Below are positions 23,880 to 38,099 of a DNA stretch of 64,000 nucleotides, in pieces. Under the pieces are notes generated by a model that was not told the origin of the DNA, searched no databases, and saw nothing but the letters and a program-made list of their open reading frames with translations. The stretch spans positions 4,092,001 through 4,156,000 of the forward strand of contig NC_089430.1 of assembly GCF_026210795.1 (NCBI RefSeq), in the 5' to 3' direction. Numbering within the stretch: the first letter of the stretch is position 1; each line of letters begins with the position of its first letter. A program made the translations under genes and the position numbers. This DNA comes from Rhizophagus irregularis. Its lineage: Eukaryota.

Positions 23880-25960
23880 AAATAAAATATTAGTTTTGTA
23901 ATGAAAATTTACGTTTTTAGTATTCAAAAAAAATAAATTTAAATGTTTTACCTTTAATATAGAAGTTCAGAATAAAGCTCCAAATGGACTAAATTATAGA
24001 CGATTTGGATTAGAACTGAAATTCATAAGAACTGAACTGAAAAACTGGCAGTTCAGTTTGATTTAATTCAATTTTTATAAAAATGCGAAAAATCAAATAG
24101 CTGTCCATCTAGTAATTGTACAAAGTCAAGCCATATATTATTAGATTCCTCTCAATGAGACGTGTTGAATGATAGTAAGATTATATCTTTAGCATTGATA
24201 GATTGCAAAATAACTTACACTAAATGATTTATAAAAAATTGGAATTAGCAAACTATATATCAATATTAAAGAGATATGATCTTAGTATCATCGACGTGTC
24301 TCAGTGATATGAATCTAATGAATATTAATTCGTCTGTGTACAATCACTGAATGGCGAATAATATCAAGTTTTACATTTTTTTAAAAATTTTGAGCGTTAA
24401 AAATTAAAATTCTGATATATAAATTTATTCATCATCCAGTAGTTATACAAATATGAATTAGGACTCATTAGATTCGTCTTGATAAGATGAGTTGAATAGT
24501 AGTGAGATTATGTCTCTAGCGTTGAGCATTAGTAAGCTATCTATCGATGCTAGAGATGTGATCTCACCACCATTCAATTTGTCTCATTGAAACGAATCTA
24601 ATGAGTCCTAATTTATATTTGTATGACAATTGAATGACAAATAAATTCATGTATCAGAATTTTAATTTTTAAATGCTCAAAAATTTTAAAAAAATGTGAA
24701 ACTTGACATTATTTGCCATTCAGTGATTGTACATGAATGAATTAATATTCATTGGATTTGTTTTACTAAGACACGTCAAATGGTGCTAAGATTATTATGT
24801 CTCTAACATTGATAAATAGCTTACTAATTCCAATTTTTTATAAATCATTTAGTGTAGGTTAACTTGTAAATTGTGATCTATTGATATTAGAGATATGATT
24901 TTACCATTATTTGATGCGTCTTATTAAGGGGAATCCAATGATATATAGTTTAATTTTGTATGATTACTAAATGGACGACTATTTGATTTTTCGCATTATT
25001 ATAAAGATCAGATTAAACTGAATTAGAGCCAGTTTCAGATCAGTTTTCTGATTTATCCTGATTCCTGAACCATTTGAAGCTTTAGTTCAGAACTTGTTTC
25101 AACTTTCTTTATCTAAAAAAAAGTAATATAAACATTAGTTAATATTTGTCAATAAAAATTAATAAAGAAAAAATTTTTTAAAGTTTTTACTTTTGAAGTA
25201 AAACCCAGAACTGTTTTCAGCAACTGAAACTTAAAAAATTAATAAAATAAACATTAATATTATTCATTAAATAAAAATTAAAATAAAAATTTGAAGGTTT
25301 TATCTTTAAAATAAAGTGTTCTGAATCTACAATTAAAAAAAAAATGAATTTTAGTTAACATTTATTAAATAAAAATAAAAAAAAAATTCACTTTTTTTTT
25401 AAGTATACTTTTAAAATTCTTTTATCCAAAAGTCAGAGAACTAAAACTCTACAAAAAAATAACTGAAATATTAGTAAATATTTTGTAAATTAAAAGTAAC
25501 AAAAAATATATAAAGAATTTTAAAGTTTTACCACTGTTTTACTTTCAAAATTTCATATAGGTTTTTATCTAGTAGCTATAAATCTAAAAAAATAAAATAA
25601 AATAAAATGTTAGTTAATATTTCATTTAAATAAAAAAAATGAAATAATTTTGAAATTTTACTTTTGAAATTTTATTCTGAAAAGTTTTCAGAAATCATGA
25701 ATCTATAAAAGAAAAAAATTGAAATGATGTTAATAAGAATATTTTATTAACAATAACAAAAAAAAATACAAGATAGTAAATACCTTTAAAATTTCATTTA
25801 GAAACCTATTTAGAAGGCCGTAAGTCTACAAAAAAGAAAAAATGAAAATGTTAGCAAACATTTTGTTTAAAAAGAAATAAAAAAATATTCAAAATTTACT
25901 TTTGAATTAGAATTTCAGTTAACTTTCTTTATTCAGAAGATTATTTGCAATCTAAAAAAT
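23880..25960 (-). other. Second, degenerate micro-exon/structured-intron array, interrupted by hAT foldback
   Basis: Recurring minus-strand GT(A)AA donors (23951, 25190, 25408, 25531, 25661, 25783, 25899), CTAA branch sites and TAG acceptors (25113, 25449, 25584, 25703, 25826, 25952). Confidence 0.55.
23973..25084. mobile_element. hAT-type foldback element
   Basis: TAAAGCTCCAAATGG … CCATTTGAAGCTTTA; perfect 8-bp TSD GTTCAGAA (23965-23972, 25085-25092); long internal inverted arms. Confidence 0.9.
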
Positions 25961-28131
25961 AAAAGAAAAAATGGTTATTAGTAATAGGAACCCTGACATT
26001 ATATATACAATTCAGAGAGTAACTTTTTAGCAAATTGGCCTAAATTTCAAAAAAAAATCACGTTTTTTGCGATTATTTTGGCATCTAGTAGTCCAATTTA
26101 TGCAAACTTTTTTTGTTTTGTAGCCTTATTGAATGTTTGAATCCTTTAGTAACTATTTGTAATAATAAAATAAATAAATAAACTAAGATTTGTACTTATG
26201 AATTTTAGTTCCTTAGCTTATTATCCTTCAATTAATGCAAGCATTTATAAATAGGGATGGTAAAGTTCTAGGTCCTAGACCTAAAAACCTAGTCCTAGGA
26301 TCTGGTCTGCAGATTTTTAAGTTCAAATTTTGGACTAGAAGCAGACCAGGTTCTAAAAAGTCCTAACTAATAAAGTATTATTATATATTAGATAAACATT
26401 AAATGTGTAGGTTATAAGAGATTTATATAAAATAATATTATGTTTAAATTATATATGTATAGTTTGCTGTAAATTGTAAATTTGATTTTAAGTAATAATA
26501 AATTATAAAAAATGCACTGCAATATTGCAATACAATTTTTATATTATTAAAATCATATTAAAAAATGAGTTGCAATATTGCGATTCACATTTTTATATTA
26601 AAATCATATAAAAAAGTGAATCGCGATACTGCAACTCACTTTTTTTATATAAAATCAATATAAAAAGTGAATCGCAATATCACAAATCACTTTTTTTATA
26701 TTTAGTTATCACTAAATTCATAAAATCTATAAATAACTTAGTCAGGATCAGGTCTTGGGACCAGAACACTTATTATGATTGCTCAATATAAAAAAAATTA
26801 ACATCCAAAATGATGAGAATGACCAGCCAAAAAAAAATATTTACCAATTCTATTGACGATTTTTCAGTTATACTTACATGTAATGTACAAGTTTTAATTA
26901 TAAATGATTAGAAAATACAATTAGAGGGTGAATAAAGAAGGTACCAGCTTTGAATTTTAAAATTAAACTGGTAAAAGTTTCTAGAAAGAGTATATTTTAT
27001 TTTTATTATATAAAAACACTTGTTAATATTTTTATTTGTTTTTTTTTTATAGGTATGGGGTTTATATTGAAATTAATCCAAGTAATAAAAATAAATTTTT
27101 TTGAATAATTTTTTTTTAAAAATAGTGCTTTAAAAAGTAGTGTGAGACAACTTAAAATAAAGAATAAATATATAATACATTATACTGTTAATAATAAAAC
27201 AAAGAATATTAACAAATCATATGAAAAGAATTTTATTGAACAAATGCTTATTTTTAATTTCAGCTAGAGTTACGAACTAGAAAACTAATTCTGGCTACTA
27301 TAATAAATATTATTTAACTGGTGAGATTTTTGCAAATCCTCTTCCCTTTTAGTAATTACATGATATGTATCACTTCCCTAAAGTTATTATAAAATAAAAA
27401 AAAAAAGTTCATTAAAACTGGACTACTGAATGCTAAGAAAATTGTATAACTTTAATTTTTATACTTTTTAAAAAATGGGCCAATTTGCTAAAAATATAAC
27501 TTATAATTTATTTTAGAGATTTCTAGAATTTTTACTTTATAACAAATGTTATAATAAGATGCAATATATATTGTATTAAGTTTATCTTATTTATTAATCA
27601 TTATTACATTTAATTTTAGACTAGTATTTTATTATATTATATGTATGAAAAAGTAATGTAATACTATAAGAGATAGTTACATCTGCAACTTTATTGGTTT
27701 GTCATATATATAATAGTTATAGTAGTTTAATGTTAGTGATTTTTGTTTATAAAAGTAACAAACAGAAGTCTTTATATAACTACTTAATATCATTCTCAAT
27801 TAGTTAACATTTTATAAAATCCTATCATTTAATAAAACCTGACTGTCTTGAAAAATTAACAAATCTTGTATCTCTACCTATAAGACATCAAATATAGGAT
27901 ATGTAATCTTACAATTATTTTCAGGTTTTATTATTAATTATGTAAATTACATGCATGATAAAAGATTTTAACTACCAATTCTTTTTACATTGTTAAAAAA
28001 ACTATTTATCACGTAACAAGTATTGAAAAAGTTGATAATTCGAAGATAATATAATTAAAAATATCAATTTAAAATTAAGAATCCTGAATATAGTAATAGG
28101 GGTTTCTAATTCAAGTAGAATTTAACCTTAG

Positions 28132-29982
28132 CTACTTTTTTCTATATAAAGTACGTTTTACAACTTTAACAATTACATCTGTATTTGGAAAAGATAAATT
28201 TTCTAAATTCTCCGCATATGGGGTGGGAATATCTAATAATAAAAGAAATGATTAGGCAAATTATAAATATAATATCAAAATTATTAATGTCAACTATTTC
28301 CTTATAATATAATAATTACCAGCACAGGTTATCCTTTCTACTGGAGCATCCAAATAGTCAAATGCTTCCGTTTCCATTGCTATAGCGCATATTTCACTAC
28401 CAACTCCAAATTGGGGAAATCCTGCTTCAACTGCCACCAAATGATTAGTTTTCTTCACTGAATTTACAATTGCATTAACATCAAGCGGTCTAATTGAACG
28501 TAAATTAATAATTTCAGAGGATATCCCTTCTTCACTATGCAATTTTTCAGCCGCTTCTAGGCAATAATTTATTGATCTTGAATGTGATACAATAGTTACA
28601 TCTTTTCCTTCACGTACTATTTTTGCTTTTCCAATTGGCAGAATAAAATCTTGTGACATTGCTTCTTGAGACATTGGAAAAGAAACTCCATATTGCAGTT
28701 CATTTTCTAACACAACTACAGGGTTAGGATCTCTTATTGCGGCCTTTTAAGTTCATAAGGGTGCTTCAATTAGTCAGTCATAAATAATTCGGAAAAAAAA
28801 AATTGTATACCTTCAATAAACCCTTAGCATCTTCACTATCCCATGGAGAAACTACCTTTAACCCAGGAATAGCACCATACCATGCTGAGTAATCTTGTGA
28901 ATGTTGAGCGGCAACACCAGCAGCTGAACCGTTTGGTCCACGGAAAACTATTGGGCATGTTACAGTTCCACCAGACATATATAATATCTTTGCTGCAGAA
29001 TTAACTACGTGATCAATTGCCTTTATGAATAAGAATGACATAAATTTAGTTGATAACAGAATAAATATAATGTGAAAATATTTATAATACAAACAAGAAA
29101 GAATAATTCGTGAATTTAACTAACTTGCATGGAAAAATTAAATGTCATAAATTCACAAATTGGCCTCAACCCCGATAATGCCGCACCAACAGCTAAACCT
29201 GCAAAACCTGCTTCTGTAATTGGCGTGTCAATCACTCTTTTTGGGCCAAATTTGTCGAGTAAGCCCTTTGATACCTAATATTAAAAATCAAAAATGTAAA
29301 TTAAAAGAGTACAATAATTAATTTATTTTTTTAAATTGTCACTTTACCTTATAAGCACCATTATATTGAGCAACTTCTTCACCGATCAAAAAAACACGTT
29401 CATCACGAATAAATTCTTCTTCAAGCGCAATATTCAAAGCATCTCTTACGGGCATCTATAAATAATAATAACCATTAAAAAGTATCACTGTTGCACAAAT
29501 AAATTAAATCAGAAATAAGAATAATGCTCCAGGACCAGGATAATTATAATAAGGGAAGATAATTGATAAGATCAGGTGAAAAAAAGTATGTATATAAAAA
29601 ATTGGTATTCAGCCAAAATATAAGTGAAATATTGTGAACTCTATATATTTATCCAAGTTGTATGTTACTAGTCGCGTCCATACTAAGTAATTTTTTAAGT
29701 GAAAAAACACACGATATTATTAAGTATCCCGTATTTACTAAGTTGTGCTCATTCGTATACCGTAAATAACGACTAAATTTACTCATAATAAGAACTAAGG
29801 AAATACAAAAAAAAACAATTGCTTAAATAAAATGCTCTCACCGTAACTTCGTTTGAAGTCGCAAGATTTCGCCTTTGCAAGAGTAAAGAACTAAAGCATG
29901 GTATGATTCGTCCTTTTCCTGCCTGCTTAAAAGAGTTAATTACAGAGGTATTGACGAATTTTTGTAATATTGCGCTATTCAT
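28132..29982 (-). CDS. PDB1: Pyruvate dehydrogenase E1 beta subunit, mitochondrial, multi-exon
   Basis: Presequence-like N-terminus; [68 protein letters not shown]; stop 28134-28132. Confidence 0.97.
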
Positions 29983-30369
29983 AATGAATACTTTACTATA
30001 TTTTAATATATCAGATATTAGCCGAAGAAATTTATCCGATCGTCAAAAATTTGTCATACATACCATGATGATGAAATTATGTTAATTTATTTATTTATAC
30101 TAAATTTAATAATTAATTTAATATATTAAAATGTTTATTACTTAAATAGTAAATTAATAATAATGCAAAAATTTAAATATTATTATATTTTTTGATTTGA
30201 TTTACATTACATAAACATAATCGCGCGAAGAGCTTCCCCTTTAACCTCGGCTTTCGGATAAAACAATTACACGTGTATTATACTTCATAACTATTTAAAA
30301 GAAGTAATTGGATTATGGATATTGGCGCTATCTACCGACTCTTCTTCTACGACGAAAACAACAACAAAT

Positions 30370-31722
30370 ATGAAGAATTTTGTATCATTTCGGCAGAAAC
30401 GGCTATTAAATTTAGGGATAAAGTGTTTTCGCCAAAATATTTACTGTATGAAACAATTTTATAGCTCGAAAGGTGTTAATGCATCCAATCCAAGTACGAT
30501 TTATTTATTATTCTTTTTTTGTATAAAAAAAAAAAATTTTAATCGATTTTTGACTTGATTTGTTTCAATTAGATAGGGCAAAAGTTACGATAAATACAAT
30601 ACAAAAATTGTATAAAAGTAAAGAGCCAATCACTGTGCTTACTGCACATGATTATCCTACAGGATTATTTGTCGAAAAGGCCGGAATTGAAATTTGTCTT
30701 GTGGGCGATTCATTGGGAATGGTGGCATTAGGTTATCAAAATACTTCGCCAATAACTATGGAGGTATTAAATTTAATTTTAGTAGGTAAATTTTTTTTTT
30801 AATATTAACCATATTTTTACAAAAGGAGATGCTTCATCATTGTCGAGCTGTTACTAGAGGTGCAAAATCTTCTTTCTTGGTTGGAGATATGCCATTTGGG
30901 AGTTACGAAACGAGTCCCACAAATGCATTGAAAAACGCAATTCGTTTCGTTAAAGAAGGAAATATGGAGGTATTATGCATATTTGACGGATCGAGTTTAT
31001 TTATGTTTTTACTTATATATGTGATTATTTTCCATTAGGGTGTCAAATTAGAAGGTGGATCAGAAATGTTAGAAACAATTCAAAAAATCACAAGAATAGG
31101 AATTCCTGTAATGGGTCACATAGGATTAACACCACAACGACAATCTTCTTTAGGTGGATACAAACTTCAGGGAAATACTGCCGATAAAGTAAGTGGCTTT
31201 AATTTTAATTGTACTGTTTCTTACCTATTACTTAATTCCTTGCCTATATTATAGGCAAAAAAACTTATCGAAGATGCAAAAAGTCTTCAAGAAGCAGGTT
31301 GTTTCGCTATAGTGCTTGAAGCAATACCTGAACCTATTGCTACCTGTGTCACGAAAATATTACGTATACCGACTATAGGCATCGGTGCGGGCGCTGGCAC
31401 AAATGGCCAAGTTTTAGTTCAACAAGATATGTTGGGTATCTTTGATCGTTTTATGCCTCGGTAAGTCATAACGAGATACTTTCATACTTTGTGAATTGGT
31501 CACGTATTAAATATCATGCCATTAATTTTAAATTATATTAGCTTTTGCAAACATTATGCAAAACTTGATAAGATTGTTACTGATGCTATTAAAACTTATC
31601 GTGAAGAAGTAAAGACTGGAGTATTTCCTGCGAAAGAACATAGTTATCCGATGGAAAAAGAAGAATACGAAAAGTTTATACAATTTATTAACGAAAACGA
31701 AACAAGCTCATTAGACAAATAA
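30370..31722 (+). CDS. ECM31: 3-methyl-2-oxobutanoate hydroxymethyltransferase (PanB), multi-exon
   Basis: [50 protein letters not shown]…GQVLVQQD; presequence-like N-terminus. Confidence 0.95.
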
Positions 31723-31885
31723 AAATAGATATATTATTAATTTTTCTAAGATACAAGTTTATTTTTTTTTTTAATATAATATAAAATAATAGGTGCTTTT
31801 TTTAATAAATTTAAATGTTCTTACTATTAATTAAAAATTTTTCTCTTTCTCATATTATATAATTAAATAATTATAATTATTATAT

Positions 31886-33252
31886 TTAATCATCTAATTC
31901 TTGTACTTTTTCCCATTCACTTTTCAAATTTTCTTGCCACAATGTTACTTTATTATCACCGGACGCCACAGCCAAGATTGTACCTGACAAGGACCAACTT
32001 ACAGACCAAACCACGTCAAGAAATTTTTCAGGTTTAAGAAATTTTTTTACCCAAGGAGAATTAGGATTATTCTTTTTCCAGATTATGACGGTTTTGTCCT
32101 ATTTTTAAAAAATCGATTGGTTTAATTTAACTATTTTTATAAAGAAACTGAATTCGACACTCTCGCACCTGAGAACAACTGGCCAAGTAGTTTTGTGGAA
32201 GCCCAAAATTTGGAGCCCATGCAACATCACGAACCCAGTCTGTATGACCTTCAAGTGTCCCCTCTTCTTTCCATTCTTTGGTATCTTCACTATAAAAGAA
32301 ACCGATTTGTTTAATAAATAATATTAAATGAAAGCATACGCAGTGTAGTGCGTGATAATACCTATAAGCCCAAATTTTTACTAAATTATCGCATCCACAT
32401 GAAGCGAATCTTTTGGAAACATTAACATTTGGTGCACCTCCAGTAACCTGAACAAGAGCACCTGGTATTGTAGCTGGCGCCCAAGACACACTATTTGCGC
32501 CAATACTATGTGCTTCAAGAACAACTGCGTCCCATGAACCATCATCTATTACGAAATATTAAGAATTCAGGAAGTATTAAGTGCGACGAAAAAACAATTA
32601 GTCTAAATACCTTTAAAAGTAAGGACAGAAACTTTTCCGTCCGAAGAAGCACAAGCTAAAATTGGACCAAGTTCATGAGGTCCCCACGCCACAGAATTTA
32701 CTATAAGCAACGACAAAGTAAAGAAAGTGAAATATATGATACGAAAAAAATTAAGATAAAGATTGGCTTATTTAACATATACCAGATGCTGTGTGTAAAG
32801 TGTGTTCTTTAATTTTTTTCCATGAGCCAGCACCATGATCTTTCCAGATAAAAACTTTGCCATCATAAGAACATGATGCTAATATGACGCCAAATTTTGG
32901 ATGAGCCCAATCTACTCGCCATACAGGACCTTCATGTCTAAAAAATAAGCAAATTGTGAAAATTGAACTACAAGCATTAACGAAGACAAAGAACTAACCC
33001 TTTCAGTGTTTCCACTTCTCGTCGCTCTTCACCATCAAGGTCAAATATCTTGATGGTGCGATCTGAAGAACAGGTAGCTAACTTTAGTCCATAGTAATCG
33101 AGTTGAGCATCATGCTAAGTCGTTTAATTAAAAAAATTATTCAATCAATACAAAGCTGTTTGTCAAATCTATTTATAAACACTTACCACCATATCTTCAT
33201 GGTGTGTTTCAAGGCCTTGATGAACGAAGTTTTTTGATTTTTCGACAGACAT
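31886..33252 (-). CDS. SEC13: COPII/nucleoporin WD40 protein Sec13, multi-exon
   Basis: HDAQLDYYG…[59 protein letters not shown]. Confidence 0.97.
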
Positions 33253-33496
33253 TGTTCAAAATTGACAATTTTATTAAGACCAACTCTTTAACTCTTAAGA
33301 CGCCAAAAAAAACACGTTCAAAAATTTACACGGTGCGAGTCTTGATTGGTTGAAAATTTTAGATTTGGGTCATCCAGATCTTCGAAAAAATTGAATTGTC
33401 AGTGTAAAAATACAATCACGTGATTTTTAACCAACCATAATTTGGTCAATTTGGTCGATCAATTATAAATTAGATATTGTCGAAATTAGTTTACAA

Positions 33497-34673
33497 ATGT
33501 CGGAAGAAATTGGACCACAAATTCCAGCTCATTTACGTAATGAGGAGAGAGCATCTGTACCAGAAATTGGTCCGCAGTTATGTGACTCAATTGAGCGATC
33601 TTCTAAACACGATTCTGAGGTTTCCGAGGATACTCCTATTGATCCAATGTTACCTCAAGGAAGAGCGTTACCTAATTATAAAAAGCGTGTAATTGGCCCT
33701 GCAGTAATGCCTCCTCCGGGATATAGTCACCAAGAAGAGAAAGAAGAAGAAGACATAATAGGTCCAATACTTCCGAAGGGTTTTAAAGAAGGGAGCGATG
33801 ACAGTAATTTACAAAAAACAATTCAAGAATTTGAGGAACGAGCAGAGAAAATGCGCAAAGCTCTTGAAGTCAGTTAAGCATTTCTTTGTCTAATTTATTC
33901 TATTTAGTAAATTCAACTACTTTTGATGTTATAGCCAAATGATCAAGGCGATAAACCTTTACAACGTGGAGAATGGATGTTGGTGCCACCGGAAACAAAA
34001 TTTCTAGGAGGTAGTTCTAGACTTTATTAACAATATTAAATTTTCGCATTTTTGCTATAAACAAATTAAAATAAATAAATATTATTTATAGAAACTCCAA
34101 CTAATATGCGATCACGTCAATTCAAGAAGAAAACACAAGATCCAAGTAACAGCGATAATTCACTTTGGACGGAGACTCCTGCTGAAAGGGAAGAAAGGCT
34201 GAAAAAACAGGTATTATCAAATTTATCTGAATTTTTATTCATTTTACTTATTCGCTGATTCCTTAAATTATTCTAGGCAACTTCTAATCAAAAAAGGAAA
34301 CATGCCAAAGATGAAGATGATGAACCAATAAAATATACTCGCATTGACTTAGAAACGGCAGAAAAAGTGAAGGAATATAACGTATGTATCTGAATTATTT
34401 TTTCGTATAATTTTATTCTTTTATAATTAATTTTGTTCTTAATTCTTTTATCAGGAATTGTATCGGCCAAAATCTCTTTTGGAGACGCATTCTGAAAATT
34501 ACGTTAAATCACGTAAATGGCAAGATGATGACGCAAGTAAACGATCTTTTGATCGTGAAAAAGATGTATTAGGTACACGTCGTATGGATTCGCGCAAGCG
34601 CAAAGAGTTCTTGGACAATGCGAAAGGATTAGGTTCAAAATTTGGGCACGGTAAACATGGATCGTTTTTGTAA
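33497..34673 (+). CDS. DUF3752 / GPALPP-motif protein, multi-exon
   Basis: Repeated IGP motifs, RGEWMLVPP, WTETPAE, RPKSLLE, FDREKDV. Confidence 0.85.
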
Positions 34674-35575
34674 TCTATTTAGCAAGAAAAAATGCCTAAT
34701 ACTTATATTAGAACGATTGGTCACAAAATAGACTATAATATGTTATTCATTATTTCCAACTTGCCATTATTAGAAAGTAAATTAAAATTATAATTGGGTA
34801 TTTATGACGCAAGTATATAATTACCGAAAAAGTCAAATAATCTTAAAGCTGAATGAATGTCCAGCCTGTTCTTTAACCCATTTTTTGTAATAATGATAAT
34901 TCTTTTAAAATTATTATAGCTATTTATTAAAGCTTACTTCGTACTTCTACTATTAATTCGTAAACTATTGTTTTATTTTGTATAAAGCCTAACAATAAAA
35001 ACATGATGGAATAAAAAAAAATATATTTTTTTCCTAATATAATTCATTGCCTTATGTCATTTTTTATCATATCTGACATGCATCACAAAATTAGTTATAA
35101 TTTGCGTTTTACATTAACAATATGCCTAAGAAAAATGAGCACAATTATTGGTTAAAATATGCGATTGTTTCTACATCCTGAACGGTTTGCGTTCCCTAGT
35201 AAAATAACAGATAATGCAAAACATAGTATAAATACTAAATTAGTAAATTTTTCTGTCAAAATTTCACATATTTTTAATTTATAAATATACCTCACATAAA
35301 GTCCTAACAATTTAAGAACTGGAATAAATTATTATATTAATAAAATGTATACATAATATCTTCATAATAAACCCTAACTCTATCCTAATTCTAATAAAAA
35401 TTTATTAATAATGTTAGATAATTTAATGCAATTTTCATTATAATATTATTTTTCTTTAAAGTACATGTTTTCTTTTTTTACAACTAAAATTATGAAAAAG
35501 ATATCTAAATAATTCAATACTTTTGATATCTTTACATTAATATTTCAAGTGTTCATGTTAGATTAATTAATTATT

Positions 35576-36536
35576 TTAAATTGGTAATACTTGACGTGCA
35601 ATCATACGTGATCCCACTTGTAATGTACCAACTCCTCCTGGTAAATATGAAATAGTGTACCTATACAAACAAATGTATCGTTATTCATTATGGTTTATAA
35701 CAAAATTAATTATATAATCTTACCATATAAGTGCTATAACTTGTATAATACTAAATAGAAGAGTGAGAAGAGTGCTTTGTAACTTATAAAAAGAAGATTC
35801 TAATTAGTAAGAATGGAAATACAAAGGCATAACCACAAATTTACTTGCTTACCCCAATTGCAGAATATAACGTTCCTATCATTGATCCCAAATAGGCAAC
35901 AGTGAAAGGAATACGTTCACGGGAAAAAATATGTTTAAGATGTGCAATTGGTCCATGCAACAAGGCGAAACTACAAAAATAAATTTACAGTTACTATATC
36001 AAAAAAAAGCAGTAAATAATAATAAAAATTCAGAAGACAGTAACCTCATTAGAACCAAAACACTCCCCATTGTATAAGTTACTGCGAATTTTCTTGGTTT
36101 TAATGCCAAAAGGGGCAAAGTTAAGAAAGCCTATAAAATTTAAATATAAAATTTTTTTAAAAAATTCAATTAGGCAATTAAATAAATTGTTTACTTACAA
36201 TTAAAAAGCATAGAACTCCGGCGGCCATACAAACTCCAAAACCTACAAATCTCTAGAATAATATATGATTAATAAAATTCAAAAAGCCTTTATTAGAGCA
36301 TAACTACTCACCTGCCACCTAGTCAATGTAAACCATTCCTCCTCTTCCTCGACGGTATTATTTGATAGAGGTACATATCCTCGTACTCTATTACCAACAT
36401 TGCCAAAAAAATTTGAAGTATTCTCAGTTAATTGGGAGAATGTAGAAGTTTTGTTAGAGTTTATATCGTTGTTAGAGTTTGAAGCCCAACGAAAAGATCG
36501 TAAAGACTCGCGGAATTGCTGTTCACTGGACGACAT
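35576..36536 (-). CDS. SFT2: Got1/Sft2-family vesicle transport membrane protein, 6 exons
   Basis: LTRWQRFVGF, PRKFAVTYTMGS, LHGPIAHLKHIFSRERIPFT, WYTISYLPGG. Confidence 0.92.
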
Positions 36537-36699
36537 TTTTTTAAAAAAAATTGTTCGGAGAATGTTTGAGCCTGATTTTCTTTAAGTGTAACAAACACGT
36601 GATCAATAAAATTTAAGTAAAGAACCGTTACACAGCTACATAGCCTCTAAATAAAAAATAAATTACTCTATTAACTTTTTACCAGCTCTATAGAACACG

Positions 36700-37878
36700 A
36701 TGAAGGGTTTGTTCAAATGTCTTGCCCTATTGGGGCTTGCTGTTTGTTCCACGTTTGCATATGATGCTACAACGGAAGATGATGGTAGTCAGGCAATTCC
36801 GCTTCGAACCCATTCTATTTATATGCCTTATATTGGTAGGTAAACTATTTTATAAATTTTTAAAAATTTAGTTATTTTCAACGCGTCTTTTTTTTTGGTT
36901 TTTTTTTTAGATCAAGACTTTCAAAGTCGATGGTTTGATTTTGGTGCTGATACAGTGATCAATACTAACAAGCACGTTAGACTGACCTACGATCGACCAT
37001 CCCAGACTGGCTGGTTATGGAGTCGTCTGGTAAGAATTTATTCTCATTATTAATTTTAATTGCAATCTTGTAATATGTATAATAAATCCAATTTGATTTA
37101 ATTCATAAATTAGCCCATAACTTCTACAAATTGGCAAGTAGAATTCGAATTTAACATTGATGGACAACATCCGACTCTTCATGGCGATGGAATGGCTGTA
37201 TGGTTTACATCGGAACGTGCCAAAGTTGGTCCTGTCTTCGGATTCATTGATAAGTTTGAAGGACTTGGTATCTTTTTTGATACATATGCCAACGCCAGAC
37301 ATCCCGTAAGTAGTTGGTCAAAGATGCGATTTATAAGTTCATTTTTATTTTTACTCGTCTATCTAATTTATATGATTCAATTTAACTAGCATTCATTCCC
37401 TTACGTCATGGCCATGGTTGGTGATGGTACAACTGAATATGATCACGATAATGATGGTAAAAAGAATGAAGTTGCGGGATGTGAGGCTGATATAAGAAGT
37501 AAACAAGTAGCAACCAAGGCACGAATAACTTATTATAAAAATACTTATCTTGAGGTCAAATTACAATATAAAGCATGGGATCAATGGGAACCATGTTTTA
37601 CCATTCCTAATGTTACTATTCCCTCAGTTGCTTACCTTGGTTTCACTGCTTTAACAGGTGAAGTTAGTGATAACCATGATATTATTAGTGTTACAACAAA
37701 TAACATCGTCTCTGTGCCACCAAGATCTTATAAGCCATCTATACGCCAACAAGATCCTTCGTCTTCAAGTTGGTTTGGTCTATTATTCATATTAAAACTT
37801 ATTGCGACCTTCGCTTTTCTTAGTGTCTTGGTTCTTGTTTACAGAATGTACAAGAATCAATCAAATAAAAGGTTCTAA
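36700..37878 (+). CDS. L-type lectin cargo receptor (VIP36/LMAN2-like), multi-exon
   Basis: Signal peptide, HGDGMAVW, GLGIFFDTYAN, YLGFTALTGEVSDNHDII, C-terminal TM helix, KRF tail. Confidence 0.92.
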
Positions 37879-38099
37879 ACTTCTAATTATTTTATTGAAT
37901 ATTTTGGTATATTATGAGTAAAAAAAAAATTAATAATAATTAATTCTAGATTAGATAAAAGTAATAAAAATAAAAATTGCTTTTTTATTAGTTTTTCTGT
38001 CGAATTTCTATAATCACTACTTAACTTTTTTAATTAAATAAAAAAATTTTACTTTCGCTTCCTTCAAACTTTTCTTACTAACATATAAATAAACAAAAT

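Noticed and set aside
25987..28106. Possible GGAACCC-ended element with inner TAGGGATGG hAT-like piece
   Set aside because: TIRs very degenerate and no TSD
29456..29841. Possible 12-nt micro-exon in the long first intron of PDB1
   Set aside because: AG…GT spacing could be chance; needs RNA-seq
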